This document shows positions 25,250-38,830 of a DNA stretch of 64,000 nucleotides, piece by piece. Positions within the stretch are counted from its first letter, which is position 1. Every line of letters starts with the position of its first letter. The notes under the pieces are model-generated. The model was not told where the DNA came from. It did no database searches and saw nothing but the letters and a program-made list of their open reading frames with translations. The stretch is from Camelus ferus. Taxonomy: Eukaryota. The DNA lies in assembly GCF_009834535.1 (NCBI RefSeq), contig NC_045696.1, positions 75,270,001-75,334,000 of the forward strand, in the 5' to 3' direction. The position numbers and the translations under genes were made by a program.

Positions 25250-27180
25250 TTGAGAGATAAAGTTGTTCAGTAAATATTTATTGTGGGCATACAATGGGCT
25301 AGATATGATCCCTGACACACTTAGTCTGGGAAGAAGAGAAACAGGCAATAGGAAACAATAAGCAAAACAAAAAGACAACCTACGGAATGGGAGAAAATAT
25401 TTGCAAAAGGTGAGACGGACAAGGGCTTAATTTCCAGAATATATAATCAGCTCATACAGCTTAATAAGAAAAAAAAAAACCCAAACAAAAAATGGGCAGA
25501 AGATCTAAACAAGCAATTCTTCAGTGAAGACATACAAATGGCCAATAGGCACACGAAAAAATGCTCAATATTGCTAATTGTCAGAGAAGTGCAAATCAAA
25601 ACTACAATTTGGTATTATCTCACACCAATCAGAATGGCCATCATTCAAAAGTACACAAACAATAAATGCTAGAGAGTGTGTGGAGAAAAGGGAACCCTCC
25701 TACACTGCTGGCAGAAATGCAGTTTGATGTAGCCATTATGGAAAACAGTATGGAGATTCCTCAAAAGACTAAAAGTAAACTTACCATATGATCCAGCAGT
25801 CCTACTCCTGGGCATATATCCAGAGGGAACCTTAATTCAAAAAGATACATACACTCTAATTTTCTTAGCAGCACTATTTACAAATATCAAGACATGGAAA
25901 CAACCTAGATGTCCACTGACAGATGACTGGATAAAGAAGTTATGGTATATTTATACAATGGAATACTACTCAGCCATAAAAAAGAATAAAATAATGCCAT
26001 TTGCAGCAACATGGATGGACCTGGAGGATGTCATTCTAAGTGAAGTAAGCCAGAAAGAGAAGGAAAAATACCATATGATATCACTTATATGTGGAATCTA
26101 AAAAAAAGACAAACTTACTTACATAACAGAAACAGACTCACAGACATGGAAAACAAACTTATGGTTACCAGAGGGGGAAGGAGGTGGGAAGGGATAAATT
26201 AGGAGTTTGAGATTTGCAGGTACTAACTACTATATACAAAATAGATAAACAACAATTTTATACTATATAGCACAGGGAACTATATTCAATATCTTGTAGT
26301 AACTTATGGTGAAAAAGAATATGAAAACAAATATATGACTGAAGTATTGTGCTGTATACCAGAAATTGACACAACATTGTAAACTGACTATACTTCGATA
26401 AAAATATGTTTAAAAAAGAAAACAGTCAATAGTCAAATAATCACAAAATGTGTAATTAGAAGGTTTAATTGGTGGGAAATTCAGATGTTCTCTGCCATTA
26501 GGAGTTTACATTCCAGTAAAGTGAAAGTACTGAGAGTTGTGAGAGGGCATGGGGGTAGGAAGGGGATTAGGCTGGATTGAGAGCTAGTGAAAGCTTTTCT
26601 TAGGAAGTGAAATTTGACTTGAGGTCTAAAGTAGGGCTGGGTTAGGATGGAGAATTCTAGGTGTAGAGGAGGAAGGTTGTGCAAAGGCCCTGAGGCAGGA
26701 GGAAGTTTGGCTCATTGGGAGTAGTTACAGCATACCAGTGGGTTAGAGCTCAAACAATGAAGGATGTGATACAACCTGAAGCTGCCCGATGACATAGGAC
26801 TTCGGGGCCATGTTGAACATCTTGGACAGTATTCAGAAAGAAATGGGGAGTTATATAGCTCAGCCACTACTGCAGTTTTAAGCAAGTAAGCAGTAAGGTT
26901 GGATTTAAAATTTGAAAACATCAGTCTTGCTGAAATTTAAAAGTAGAATAGATTGGTTGTAGAGGGCCAACAATGAATGTGGACAGGTTGTAATGCTGGA
27001 GGTGCTGGTGGCTAGGACTAAGGGGAGGAGTGAAATTGGAGAGCAGACCTGGTGTGGGATTGGAGACAAAGAGTGGAGGTGACAGACTGTCAGGATTACT
27101 TGTAGGTTTCTGTCTTGGGTGGTGGTGATGTCATTTATTGAGATAAGGAACAGTGGAGTAGGAGCAGTTTTCGGGAATGG
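25250..27180 (-). mobile_element. L2 remnant split by a younger L1
   Basis: 'ttcagtaaatatttattg' 3' end at ~25265; 'gcaaaggccctgaggcagga' and 'gatgtcatttattgagataaggaacagtggagtaggagcag' after the L1. Confidence 0.7.
25352..26419 (+). mobile_element. 5'-truncated young L1 (ORF2 C-terminus + 3'UTR)
   Basis: Same family as the 11.3-18.8 kb L1; near-perfect TSD aaacag(g/t)caatag at 25339-25351 and 26420-26432. Confidence 0.93.
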
Positions 27181-29749
27181 GAGATTAACACTAAGGAGTT
27201 AATACTAGTCGTTTGTCAATGGACAAACATGCTGACTGTCACTCATCAACATTAACACCAGTGTCCTCCGATCTCTTGGTGGGGAGATATTATTGCCAAT
27301 TTGTAGCCAGTCTACAAACTTTTACTGGCACCTACTTGAGTTTTTATTAAATACTAGTTTTACCAGCAAATGTGTTTATTTCATATTACACAGCCCTCTT
27401 CAAAGTGAGTATCTTGTGTTTCATTGGCAAGTCATGGCACTGGGGATTCCACTTAGTAGAAGGATTTTAATCTAATTCTGAGTAATCCTGTCATCTCCAA
27501 GCCGTCTTTCCTGACATTACCCTCAACTCACACTTTACATGCAGCTCTCTTAAACCACTACGCACAAATCTATTATGATTTTTTTCATATTAAATTGTAA
27601 TCTTTTTTTCTGTTTCCACCACAACTTTGGGAACTTCTTGAGGGCAGGGGCCATATCATTCACATTTGTTTTCTAGGTGTCCAGAATATGCCTGCCACAT
27701 GGGATTTATGCAGCAAATGATTGTTGAGTGAATGTTTTATACCATAGACAAGTTTTAAATTTGTCATTCATTAGTCTCATTATTATCCCCACTAACAATG
27801 TACTATAATGACCATGGGAATGTTTTCTACAAAGTTGTGAGAAGGAAGTTTGAGACCTAAATTGAAGCCTTTCAGGCTGTTGTTCATTAAAGTGTAAAGA
27901 AAAGCTGCTTTAGTCTGAAACATTCTGAAATGCATACTTAGAGCCATTGGCTACCTGATTTAGGGGCAGAGATGGAGCTAAATTTTGCCAGAATGCTATG
28001 TAACAGTATTTGGTGATAGAGTTGGGGAGGGGAATAAACTGGGTCCAGGTCTTACTCAGCTTTTACCATTCTTTAATGAAGCTGGTAGACAGCCTTTCTG
28101 TCATCATTTTACAGTCTTCTTTTATTATTACTTGGGCAGGGACATTCATGCATGCATCACACATCATTGTTTGGCATTAGTACCTCAATTAATTTAAAAT
28201 ACTAAACATTCTTGGCTAGTTTGCTTTTTAAAAAAATACTTTGTTAGTATTATTCCTCTCCCTGAGTTTCCAGCTTGTTCTTGACAACTGCTATAAGTCC
28301 GCCAGGAACTCGTGGAATCTGTGCACACAAGAGGCTCTGTTAGAAGCCATTTTTCTGAAAGCTGGTGCCCATTATGAATGTCACCCAGAGCCATCCGTCA
28401 TACCCGTTCCTGAGTGGGCAGAGGTGAATTAGCCTCTGGTGTTGTGTCAGGTGCTTCCACAGCTTGTAGGGTTTGGTCTTAGACATTTGTCTTTAGCTGC
28501 AGAACAGCAAGGTCCGGAAAGGAGAGTACAGGCTGTTCTTTGATGACAAAGACAAGCAAGCCTGAGTGGGTGTGTATGAGGGAGTCTTAATCTAGCAAAA
28601 CAAGGCAGAATTTAGAAGTAGGCCATTTTAACATCTAAAGCTAACATTCACCATGGCCCTGTGGCACTTAAATGGTTAACTCCTTTAGATAAGCTGTCTT
28701 TTAAGTAACTTTGAGTCCTCTTATTTGGCATGAGATAGATATTTCTATTGAGTAAAATGTTTTTATTAATTGAAAGTTATCTTCTTTGCCATATGTAAAA
28801 TACTAATTTTTCAGTAAATGTGTTATGCTGGAAAAGGTATTTGTTTGGTGCCCAGAGAAATGTTGGTTTTGCAGCTGAGTTTTGTCATTGACTTTCCTTG
28901 TGTCCTAGAACAAGCCTCTTGGGCCCTCTGAGTCTCAGGTATGTTGTGAGTATTGAAAAGGGTGTGTGAAATGTGTCAAGTGTGTAGCAGACAGCAAACA
29001 AATGGCAGATTGTATTTGTCCTCATATACATATTTTACTGGACATAACTGAATCATCTCTGATGTTGGCTATACCAGCATTTTGCAAATATTTTCTTCTC
29101 CATAAGATTTATTAAAAACCCCCATCCTTGTAGTTGCTGAGGTCCAAAATCTTGATCCTTTCTTTCTTTCATATCCCACACTCAGTTGATGAGGATGTCC
29201 TATTGATCCTACTTTCAAAATGGATCAAGAATTAGCCACTTATTACTACCTCCACCACTACCACTCCTCGGCCCAGCTACCATTGTTTCTTACTTGGATT
29301 TCTACAATGTTCTGGGTCTCTTTGCTTTTATTCCAGATTCCTTACAGTTTAGATTTTAGACTTAACAGAAATCAGATGATCATAAGACCCTTCATTGGCT
29401 ACCTATTCAATGCAGAATCAAAGTCAAAAGCCCTTACAAGGGCTAATAAGCCCCCTGATCTGGCTTCTCATCACCTCTCCAACATTGTCTCCTCCTGCTC
29501 ACTCCAGCCACATTGGTTTCTTTGCAATGCCTTGAATATAAGATATGCTTTGCCTCAGGACCTTTTCACTGACTGTTCCTTCTGCTTAGATTGCTTTTGT
29601 TCCAGCTCTTTATATGGCCAACTTTCTCGAGAATCTCTTTCCTAAATGTCACCTTCTCAATAAGACCTATCCTGACCTCAACTGAAATTGTTAACTTCTG
29701 ATGCCTGCCTCCCCAAATCCCTTTTCTACTCTTGCCCTATTTTTATAAT

Positions 29750-29930
29750 TTTCTTGTTGTAGAAAATTTCAAACATATACAAGAGTATATTATAGCTAAA
29801 CTCCATATATTATCACCCAAATTCAACAGTTGTCAACTGTGGCCAGTGTTGTTTCATCTACTCTTACCCACTGCTCCTCACCCCAGATTATTTTGAGGTA
29901 AACCCAGAATCATGTAATTTCATTTGTTAT
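29750..29930 (-). mobile_element. Ancient L1M (L1MC/L1ME-type) 3' end
   Basis: 'gaaaatttcaaacatatacaa...atcacccaaattcaacagtt...cagattattttgaggtaaacccag'. Confidence 0.65.
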
Positions 29931-30124
29931 TCAGTCAATTGTCATTTTCTATTATTTAGAATTATTTGATTTGTAAGCATTATATGTACATTTAAAAGTG
30001 CACATATGTTGTATTTTATGTACATGGATTGAATAGCTGTTTAAGGACATTGAGTGCCTCCTGGAAAATTATTTTCTGTAAGATTCAAGCGTGGAAATCC
30101 AAAATCATATAATTACATTTGTTA

Positions 30125-30748
30125 CATAGTTCTCATTATTTGTGGTAATTATGTTCTGTAAAGTCGCTGTGAACACTGAGTTAGTAAACACTGAACTGTT
30201 ACTCCAAGGGAACTAGAGGATTGAGTTAGAATTCTGTGAGCCTCTGGTCACAACATTTTCATCAACCAATTAATCTATAACAATTCTATTTAAAGATACC
30301 ATATTTGATATATGTAGTTGATTCATTAACATTGAACTCATGGCACATAGCACTATAACATGCCTGAATGAAGCTTAAACACGTATTTTCTCCATAAGGT
30401 GCATCACAGCCTTCTTCGTTTAAGAACACTAGACAAGACTTTAGCACTACGCTTGGGGGCCATTTTAAACAGCAAAATCACAAACAAAAAGTATACAAAT
30501 GTGGCACTAAATTGACAATGGAAAGGACTCTTGTTTACAGTTATGAAAACTGAAACAAGAAAGCAAACCATTGCCCTGTTTGACTTCTGTTGGGAGCTTG
30601 TGTGTCAGGTGACTTAAATATTTTGCTGCTTTGCACATGTCCATGAATAACTGCAAAAACATTGTGAATATTGTTTTGGGGTTCAAATAAATTTTTGTGA
30701 GTAGGCGAAATTGCAAATGTGGAATCTGCAAATAATGAAGATTGAGTG
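30125..30748 (-). mobile_element. MER82 (TcMar-Tigger non-autonomous DNA transposon)
   Basis: Degenerate terminal inverted repeats ('tctcattatttgtgg' / 'ctgcaaataatgaag'), TA at both flanks, internal 'gggggccattttaaacagcaaaatcac' and 'tgtgagcctctggtcacaacattttc'. Confidence 0.85.
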
Positions 30749-30879
30749 TATTTTAGTGTCTATCTCTAACAAAAAGATTACTTTATGGGTTGTGTTTTGT
30801 ACTTCCATCAAAAAGCACATAATGTCTATTTGTCTCTCATTCTGTCATGTAAACCGCCATTGATGCTCATTTCCTAGAT

Positions 30880-31030
30880 CAGTGGTTCTCAAGCAGGGTG
30901 ATTTTTCCTCCGAGGGAACATTTGGCAATGTCTGGAGACAATTACCAGCAGCTGGTGGGTAGAGCCAGAAATGCTGCTAAATATCGCAGAAGGCACAAGG
31001 CAGCTCCCACAACAAAGATCCAGACCAAAA
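30880..31030 (+). mobile_element. MER20 (hAT-Charlie), internally deleted
   Basis: 'cagtggttctcaa...ggaacatttggcaatgtctggagaca...gggtagagccagaaatgctgctaaa...cccacaacaaag'. Confidence 0.8.
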
Positions 31031-31479
31031 AGTGTTGAACAATGATGCTACTCTAATTCTGTCATTCCTGCTTTGTTGATTAGCTGAGATATTTTTATAG
31101 AGAGAAACTTCCCCTCACGGTTTAATTATAGACTTTGATTATCCGAGGTACATATCATGTAGACGTGGCAGGCTTTAAACACAGTGGTGCTCAATATTGT
31201 CCCATCTTTGGCCAGCAGGAGCCTATTCAAGTACGTGCTCGCCTAGGTCTGTTTCTCTTTCTCCCTTCCTCTCTCCCTCCCTTTCTTCCCTCCCTCTAAC
31301 CTATCTTTTAATAAAATATATAACTTACTTATTTAATGTATTTATTATGTATTGTTGTATCTTCCCCCACTGGAGCAAGCATACTTGTTTGTTTTCTTCA
31401 TGAATGTATCTAAATATCTAAAATAGTGTCTGGAACACAGTTGACACTTAAATATTTATTAAATGAATGAATAACGTTG

Positions 31480-31940
31480 AGTGATTGGAGGGCATCCTAT
31501 TTTAGATTTTGTGATCTAAGTCAGTCTCTGTAGATGGTGCACTGATATAAAACCTGAATGGCAGGAGGTGCCGGCCATGTGAAAAATTGGAGAGAGAGCA
31601 TTCTAGGCAGAAGGAAGGCTTAATGCAAAAGTTCTGATGCGCAAATTAGCTTGGCTTATCCGAAGATCAGAAAGAAGGCCACTGTGGCTGGAGCAGAGTG
31701 GGCAAGAGGACGTGGTGCCTGGTGAAGCTGAAGCAGTAGGCAGGGTGGAGCTCTCATGGGCCATGGTACAGAGCTTGTATTTTATTGTTTGGTGGGAAGA
31801 AATTAGAAGGCCTTGAGTACTAAAAGACTTGATTTGAGTTGTATTTTGAAAAGAAACACTCTAGGTCCTATGTGAGGAAGTGGCCTTTCAAGGGCAAGAG
31901 TAGAAACAAGAAGACCAGTTAGGAAGCCACTACAGTGGTT
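31480..31940 (-). mobile_element. L2 fragment
   Basis: 'gagagcattctaggcagaagga', 'ggccactgtggctggagcagagtg', 'agaccagttaggaagccactacagt'. Confidence 0.75.
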
Positions 31941-32180
31941 GAGGATTAGATGGGGTGGGATGTATGTGTGTGCTGGGAGGATGGTGGTAATGACAAAGGA
32001 GAAAGAGAGAAGCAGTTCAAATACGAAAAAATGGAAACATATAATGTATTCTGAAAATAAATGCAATTACCTAAAATATCTAGTAGGTTATTATGATAAT
32101 AAGCGATGGGCAAGGTACACAATTTGAGAATTTATAACATCAAAGTACAGATTCTTCCAGCAGCACATGATTGTCATTAG

Positions 32181-32524
32181 TGTTGTCAAATAGTTCAGTC
32201 TCTGACTTATCTGGAAATAGTAGATGTGCACTTCCTCATTCCTTTGTGGTTAGTTGAGGCCAGTTGTGAATGGAAGTGGTATGTATCACACTGGACTAGA
32301 GCTTTGATATGTGTCTGTGTGAGACTCTAGAGATCTCTTTTCCACTGCAGTGACGAGATGGTGGCTGCTTTGTCAGCCTAGGTCCCCCTCAGAGACTGCA
32401 GTGAGATCCCCCTGTCAACCAGCAATGGACATGTAGCATGAGTGAGGAATAAACCTCTGTTGATTTAAAACACTGTGATTTTAAAAAAAATTACAACATA
32501 ATGTACTCTATTATGATAGATACA
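32181..32524 (+). mobile_element. MaLR solo LTR (MLT1H/I/J-like)
   Basis: 'gagatggtggctgctttgtcagcctaggtccc...atggacatgtagcatgagtgaggaataaacctctgttg'; TG...CA ends. Confidence 0.7.
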
Positions 32525-34486
32525 TGGCACAAAAGGCAAAATCTTTAAGAGGGAAAAACCAAATCATCTTCCACGAAGGGTTTGGGAATGACCACCATTT
32601 AAAGATGCTGATCTCCACAGCCTGGTGAAGCAAATACATTAACACGCTGGGATGAGGAAAAGTGTCAAATATGCCTAGAAATGGGATTTTAAAAAATGTG
32701 ATATTCTGCCAAGAACGGTCATTTTATCAGACTATTTATTAGGAAAAGAAATTTCTAAAGGAATCTTTGACCTGGCTGACTTCAGTCCAGCACTGAGCTA
32801 ATTGAAAATCTTACCACTTGAATAAAAGTCAAGACATAGGAGCTGCCCCTCCCCCTCAAAAGACACAGGAACCCAGAGAGAAAGGCTCAAAGAGACAAAG
32901 GATTTCAAGATCATGGGTGGTGCTGGAGATTAAACAAACAAAACAAATAGAAGAAGAAGGTAGAGAATTAATGAAATAGCTGACTGGAGTTTGGTCTGCT
33001 TGCAGCTTTTGAAACTGACTCTGGAAGATATAATCATTTCAGCATCTTCCTAATCAATACTGTGAGCTGGGACCAAATTGATTGTATAGTACACGAAACA
33101 CAGCCTTGGAAAAGTTGATGAGACCTAGACACCATGATATATTTGGTCTGACTCACTCACTTACTGTATGCAATATTTGGGCCAGTTTCAGTAAAAATAC
33201 AGTCCTGAAAGATTTTTTTCCTTCCCTCATGTCCTAGTGTCCCCTTGGTTAACAAACCTGACTGGAACTTATTTCCTTTTGCAATGTTTGTTCAAGATTT
33301 TATAACTTGGCATCTAATAGATACCTACTTTTTTTGTTTGTCCCATATTTTATTTCTGGAAAATGATGTGATGGGCCAGAGTAAGAAACAAATCCCTCTT
33401 CTAAAGATTTAACCAGATCTATATGTGCCCTTACAGACCAACACTTGATCCCTTGATTCTCAATGCTGAAAACAGATTAGGTAAGTTTACAGGAGAATGA
33501 GATAGGTGCAAACGATGAAATAGGAATTGCATTCCTAGGTAACTTTCCAGGAGTGTTCTCAGTTCAATAGAGGTGAGATGCCAAGTCTGAAGTGTATGTA
33601 CTATTATTCTTTTAAGGTAGAGTATATCCCTATTAAAAATGTCACTTCAAGGAGCATCAACTGGGAGTGGAGGCAGGCATCTGCCTGCTATAAAAGTATA
33701 GCAGGTATAGAGGGGAAAAGTGGATGAGAAAGAGCTGAGCACCCCTAGACCTGGTGCTGACAGAGGCGACTGGTAGATGTCTCTTGCAAAGAGCCGACAA
33801 ACACACAAATTCATCCCAAAGTCAGTCTAATCTCTTCTGCTTCTTGGACAGACAGCACTAGCATGATTCATAACTTGGCTTGGAATAGTCATCTGTCTGA
33901 TGGTGTCATGGGTAACATTGCTTGATGCCTCCTGCCTGATACTTTTTGTGTGGAAAAATAAGCAATTGCATTTCCTTTCAACAGTTTCTCCCCCTTCTCC
34001 TTGGCCCATCATATTTCCCAAAATAACCTCACTGATTTGCTGGAAAGATTTTGTGGATACAAATATGTCTTTAATGTCCTTTGACTGCCAGATCTAAAGA
34101 TATGAATGTTGTTAGGGTCCATGTCTGGGTGAAGTCACCCATTTTTATTGTGCCTGATCCTTATTCCATTTCTTTAATGAAAAATCTCAGGCAGGAGACT
34201 CATTGGAATGAAAGAGCAATGTTAATATGCATTGTCATTATCAGAGTCTGTCCCAGGTGTGAAGGGATGACTCAATAGCTATTTTGTGTGATAAATGAAT
34301 GAACTCACAGATAACCACATTCCCACATTAGACCTATGCTTGCTTTTAAGGCACTCACAGTCTATTAAAAAAAGCAGACAATTAAGCACATTATATCGGT
34401 ACTGTGTGATAGGTGCTATGTACATATTGGTAGCAGTATGTGTGAAGTATAACAAAAGCTTATATAAAGGGCGTTTAACCCAACCA

Positions 34487-34988
34487 GGTATCATTTTTCT
34501 TTTGCTGCTGTAACAAGTTACCACAAACTCAGTGGCATATAACGACCCAAATTTACAGAATATAAGTCTTGTATTTCTGTAGGTTGAAGGTCTGACACAG
34601 GTGTCATGGAGCCACATTCAAGGTGTCAGCAGGCTGAATTCCTTTCTGGAAGAGAACTGTTTCCTTGTCTTTTCAGGCTTCTAGAGGTGGCCCGCATTTG
34701 TTGGCTTATGGCTCCCTTCATTTATGTTCAAAGCCAGCAACGTTTCCTCTCTCTGACCTTCCTTCCTTAGTTATGTTTCCCTCTGACCGCAGCCAGGAGA
34801 GTTTCTCCAATTTTAAGCACTTACATGATTATATTGGACCAACCTTAATAATTTAGGATAATCTCCCAATCTCAAGGTCATTTACCTAACCACACCTGCA
34901 GAGTTCTTTTTGCTATGTGAGGTAACATATTTTCAGGTTCACAGGGTATGGACATCTTTGAGGGAGACTGCTATTCTGCCTTACCACA
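34487..34988 (-). mobile_element. MaLR solo LTR (MLT1D-like)
   Basis: Minus strand begins TGTGGTAAGGCAGAATAG...CAAAGATGTCC...ATGTTACCTCACATAGCAAAA; the other end is 'gctgctgtaacaagttaccacaaac'. Confidence 0.85.
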
Positions 34989-35789
34989 ATGGGGAAAAAA
35001 GTGAAAGAAAGCCTTCTAAAAGGAGGTGAAACTTGATTTGAGTCCTAAAGACCAAACTGAAAGTCTCAAGGTGAACAAGGCAGGGGAGAGTTGTGGGGAA
35101 GGCATTCAAGGTCAGATAAGAACCTCAGCTTAGAAGGGAGAAATACGTACAGAAACCTGTACATGGATTCAACATATAATGAAAGCTAGAATGGATATTT
35201 CCTTGGTCTTTCAAAAAGGTATATGACTATTTCTTATTACTTCAGTATATACCTAATCAGTCAAGAGTTTTGCTATCATCAGCTTATTAACTCTTGTTTA
35301 ATTAGCAGCCCAACAAGGGAGGCAGATGGTACATATTATTAATGGAGATGGGTTTTTACTTGCAAGCTAGTGGTCTCTAGCTAGGGCAATGATGAAAGTG
35401 TGATTACAGCAGGATGGGAAAATCAAGTGAAATGAGAGCTATAATAAGAAAGACAATATGTCTTCTCAATTAATCATGGGAGGAAGACCAAATTAATGAA
35501 AGTAGTGACAGGCTGCCATTTTGAGCTGTCTTGGCCCAACACCTCGTATTGTCATAAATGAACAGTTTACGTTTTCTGTGGCAGCGTTTCTACTTGAAAT
35601 CTTGAGGGCAAATGCGGAAGTGTAAATACATAATATATTTGGAATATCTATTTCAGTGTATATCTTATGATTAGGAAGTCATAATGGAACAGTCTCAGGT
35701 CCAATAAAAGCAAACTCAATGTTCTTCAGATTCAGCATGTATTAGAGAATATTTAAAGAAATATTGGAGGAAATTGATTCACAGGAAAA

Positions 35790-38700
35790 AAGCCTGTGAA
35801 CCCACAATTCTATAACAAGTAAAAATATTCTTTAGGAATGAAAGTGAAATGAAAACATTTTCAGGCAAAAGAAAACCAAAAGAATTTGTTGCAGAACCTG
35901 TTCTAAAAGAATCCAAAAAGGAAATTCTTCAGACACAGAAGAGAAATGATACCAGGAGGAAACCTGGAACACCAGAAATAAGGAAAGAGTAACAAAAATG
36001 GTAGATACAGTAGCTTGTCCTCTCCTTCTAAGTTCTTTAAATACATTTGATGCTTAAAAGCAAAAATTAGAATATCATCATTAAGGTTTTCAGTGAGTGC
36101 AGATGTAGTATATAAAACAATTATAACGTAGTAGGGAAGGATAAGAGACCTCTGTGGTGATAAGATTTTTACATCCTACTTGAAGTGGTAAAATTGATTC
36201 TATATAGCCTGCAGGAAGTTAAGTATGTATATTGTAATCCCTAGAACAGCCACTAAAATAAAAGTACACTGAAATATAGTAAAAAACCCCCCACATTAGA
36301 TGAATTAAACACTAAGAATATTTAAATAACTCAAAAGAAGTCAGGGAATGAAAAACAAAGGAATGTGAAATAGAGGAAATGAACAGAAAGCAAATAATAA
36401 AATGGTATCCCTAAATTTTCCATGAGTATATTAGATGGAAATGTTGTATATATACCTAACTAAAAGACAGAGATTGTCAGGATGGATTAAAAAATAATGA
36501 ACCAACTATATGCTGCCTGCAAGAAACTCACTTCAAACAAAATGATATGGATAGGTTAAAGTAAAACAGTGGGAAATGATATGCCATCCAAACACTAGTT
36601 GAAAGAAGAGTGGGGTGGCTATGTTAATATCTAACAATGTAGACCTCTAAGCAAAGTAAATTACCAAGGATAAAGAGTAAGTGCATTACATCATAATAAA
36701 AGGTACAGTTCACTAAGAAGAAATAACGGGTCTAAATGTTATGTACTTAACCACAAGATTCAAAATACATGAAGCAAAAACTGACATAACTGAAAGGAGA
36801 AGCAGATAAATCCACAATTCTTAGGAACTTTCAAGACTTTTTTCTCAGTAAGCCATGGAAATAGTAGACAGGAAATCAGTAAGGACATAAAAGACCTAAA
36901 CAACATTACCCACCAACTCGATATTAATTGGCATGTATAGAACATGTCACCCAGTGATTATGCATGAAATGTTCTTTCTTAATTGCACATGGGAAATTCA
37001 CCAAGATAGACCATGTTCTTGGTCAAAACAAACCTTAACAAGTTGGAAGGATTTGAAATAATGCAGAGTATGTTCTCTGACCATAATAGAATTAAACTAG
37101 AAAGCAATACCAGGAAGATATCAGTGAAGTCTCTGAACACTTGGAAATGAAAAACACTTTTGTAAAAAACACATACCTATTCTCTATGCTGAAAACTGCA
37201 AAATGCTGATGAAAGAAATCAAAGAAGACATGCATAAATAGACTGACATACTGGGTTCATGAATTGGAATACTCAGTATAATAAAGATGTTGATTATTCC
37301 CAAATTGATACATAGATTTAGTGCAATAATCAAAATTCTGGCAGACTATCTTAACAATATAGACAATCTGATTCTAAATGTTAGATGAAAAAGCAAAGGA
37401 ATTAGAATAGCCAAAGCAATTACTAAAGTGAAAAACAAAATTAGAGGAATTATACTACTTATTATAAATTTCAAGACTTATTATAAAGCTACAGTAATAA
37501 TACAATCTGGTATTAGTCAAAGGATAGACACATAGATAAAAGGAACTGAATAGAGAGATGAGAAATTAATCCACATAGTCAACTGATATTTTTATGAAAG
37601 TGCAAAGACAATTCGGTGAAGAAAGGACAATCTTTTTAACCAACGTGTTGAAACAATTACACCTATATGTGTAAAAAAAGAAACTCAATTTAAACCTCAC
37701 TCCACCTATATAAAAATTAACTTTAAATGAATGATAGCTCTAAACTTACAGCATTAAACTATAAACTTTAAGAAAAAACACAGAAGAAAATCTTTGTTAC
37801 CTGGAAGTAAGCAAGAAGTTAGAGGGCATGACACCAAAATTGATAAATTGCACTTAATCAAAATTCAGTATTTTTGCTTTGCAAAGACTCTTTTAAGAGA
37901 ATGAAGATACAATCTATGAACTGGGAGAAAAATGTTTCAAATCACATATCTGACAAAAGACTTGCATCCAGAATTTATAAAGAACTTGCAAAATTCAACA
38001 GTAAGAAAATAAACAATTTATTTTTTAGAATGGGCAAAAGACTTAGATACTTGACCAAACTAGATGTAAAGATTGAAAACTAGTACATGAAAAGATATTC
38101 AACATAATTAGCCATTTAGGAAATGTAAATTAAAACCAGGATGGCCAAAATTATTATTAAAATGGCCAAAATTAAAATATACTGACAATAATACTCAGTG
38201 CTTGAAAGAATATGGGAAAACTGAAATGCTCATACATTGTTGGTGGGAATGCAAAATGGTACAGCCATTCTTTTCCATAGTATGGCAGTTCCTTATAAAG
38301 CTAAGTGTACATTTACTATATGACCTAATTAATTGTGTTCCAGGGCATTTCTCCCAGGAAAATTAAAACTTATGTTCACACAAAAACCTATACACAAATT
38401 TGTAGATTATTTATAATTGACATAAACTGGAAACTACTTAAATATCCTTTGAGGAATAATGGATAAACAACTATTGTACATTCAAACAATGGAATAATAC
38501 TCAGTAATAAAAAGGAATAAACTCTTTATACATACTACAACATGAATGAATCTCATATGCATTGTGTTAATTGAAATAAGCCAGATTCAAAAGATTACAT
38601 ACTATAAGGTTCCATTTATAGGGCATTCTGGAAGAGGTGAGACTATAGGACAGTGGTTGCCAGTGGCTCAAGGTGGGGGGAGGATTGGGAACCCAGGTAT

Positions 38701-38830
38701 AGCAGGTTGGGGAAACTATCTTGATTGTGATGGTGGTTACATGAATCTATACATGTGCTAAAAATTCATAGAATGAAATACTAAAAAAAGTCAGTTTTAC
38801 TGTCTGATGATTTTAAAACATGAGAAAAAA
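35790..38830 (+). mobile_element. Old L1M (L1MB/L1MC-like) with large internal ORF2 deletion
   Basis: ORF1 end (35.8 kb), EN region ('tgctgcctgcaagaaactcacttca', 'accaagatagaccatg', 'tctctgaccataatagaattaaactagaa'), a jump at ~37170 to post-RT sequence, then a 3'UTR ('gtgatggtggttacatgaatctatacatg'). Confidence 0.85.

Larger units (their letters stand above)
29090..31475 (+). mobile_element. L2 interrupted by nested L1M, MER82 and MER20 insertions
   Basis: L2 motifs at 29100-29740 resume at ~31300 and end 'aatatttattaaatgaatgaat'. Confidence 0.65.
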
